Source: Candidatus Woesearchaeota archaeon (GTDB lineage: Archaea > Nanobdellota > Nanobdellia > Nanobdellales > Nanobdellaceae). Taken from it: DNA of 5,884 bases. The stretch lies in the NCBI GenBank assembly GCA_964468425.1, contig CAYXSZ010000078.1, positions 1 to 5,884 on the forward strand. Direction: 5' to 3'. Below the pieces are notes generated by a model, which was given only the letters and a program-made list of their open reading frames with translations, searched no databases and had not been told where the DNA came from. A program made the translations under genes and the position numbers. This document shows, piece by piece, positions 5,623-5,884 of the stretch; the stretch's first letter is position 1; each line of letters begins with the position of its first letter.

Positions 5623-5884
5623 TTAATCTATATTAAGCCTTTTGATAGCCTTTACAATATACCTTCCCGTCATTGGAAGTCCATCATAGCGTAGGATCTT
5701 TTCTTTAATTTCAATTCCAGTTTTTTCCCTAATAACTTGCCCCAGCAAACCAGTTACATTATTTTCTACCAACACCACTTTATCGTATTTTTCGATTACG
5801 GCTCCGACCATATCAGAAAGTGGAGAGATGTATGCTATATGGAGATAAGCCCAGTCTTTGAGTTCCTTAATAGCTTCCAGAGCA
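5623..5884 (-). CDS. 2-oxoacid:ferredoxin oxidoreductase alpha subunit, C-terminal end (5' part outside the window)
   Basis: The track ORF starts at M 5811, but I translated this frame by hand and it stays open to the window edge (...ALEAIKELKDWAYLHIAYISPLSDMVGAVIEKYDKVVLVENNVTGLLGQVIREKTG...). The pattern (h-h-h-x-P-h ... VLVVE-N-x-G-L) is typical of the C-terminal domain of KorA/OFOR alpha. The stop lies 15 bp before the beta-subunit start. Confidence 0.8.
   Translation of the reverse strand, partial: ALEAIKELKDWAYLHIAYISPLSDMVGAVIEKYDKVVLVENNVTGLLGQVIREKTGIEIKEKILRYDGLPMTGRYIVKAIKRLNID

Noticed and set aside
5623-5811. Stand-alone 62-aa ORF as given in the ORF track
   Set aside because: The reading frame continues without a stop to the window edge, and the upstream residues match the OFOR alpha C-terminal domain. 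It is therefore the tail of a larger truncated gene, not a small protein gene.

Overview
This is an AT-rich archaeal chromosomal window, and the K/E/I/Y-rich proteins suggest a thermophile. It is mostly housekeeping genes. The minus strand carries a tightly packed run with gaps of 15, 34, 22 and 15 bp: the 3' end of a 2-oxoacid:ferredoxin oxidoreductase (OFOR) alpha subunit, the OFOR beta subunit, a Dim2/Pno1-like KH-domain RNA-binding protein, and topoisomerase VI subunits B and A. The plus strand carries the 3' part of a cysteine-rich DUF116-family gene. That is followed by a 142-bp spacer packed with copies of the palindromic hexamer GTTAAC, including a perfect 22-bp palindrome. Next is an orphan coding region split across two frames (686-940 and 820-1323) whose stop overlaps the top6A stop by 8 bp. 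I see no rRNA or tRNA genes, CRISPR array, transposase, or recognisable defence or toxin genes. I cannot support a novel multi-gene system. The only block not explained by well-known families is 543-1323 (GTTAAC array plus split orphan gene), so that is where follow-up should go. All family assignments come from by-eye motif recognition, not database searches.
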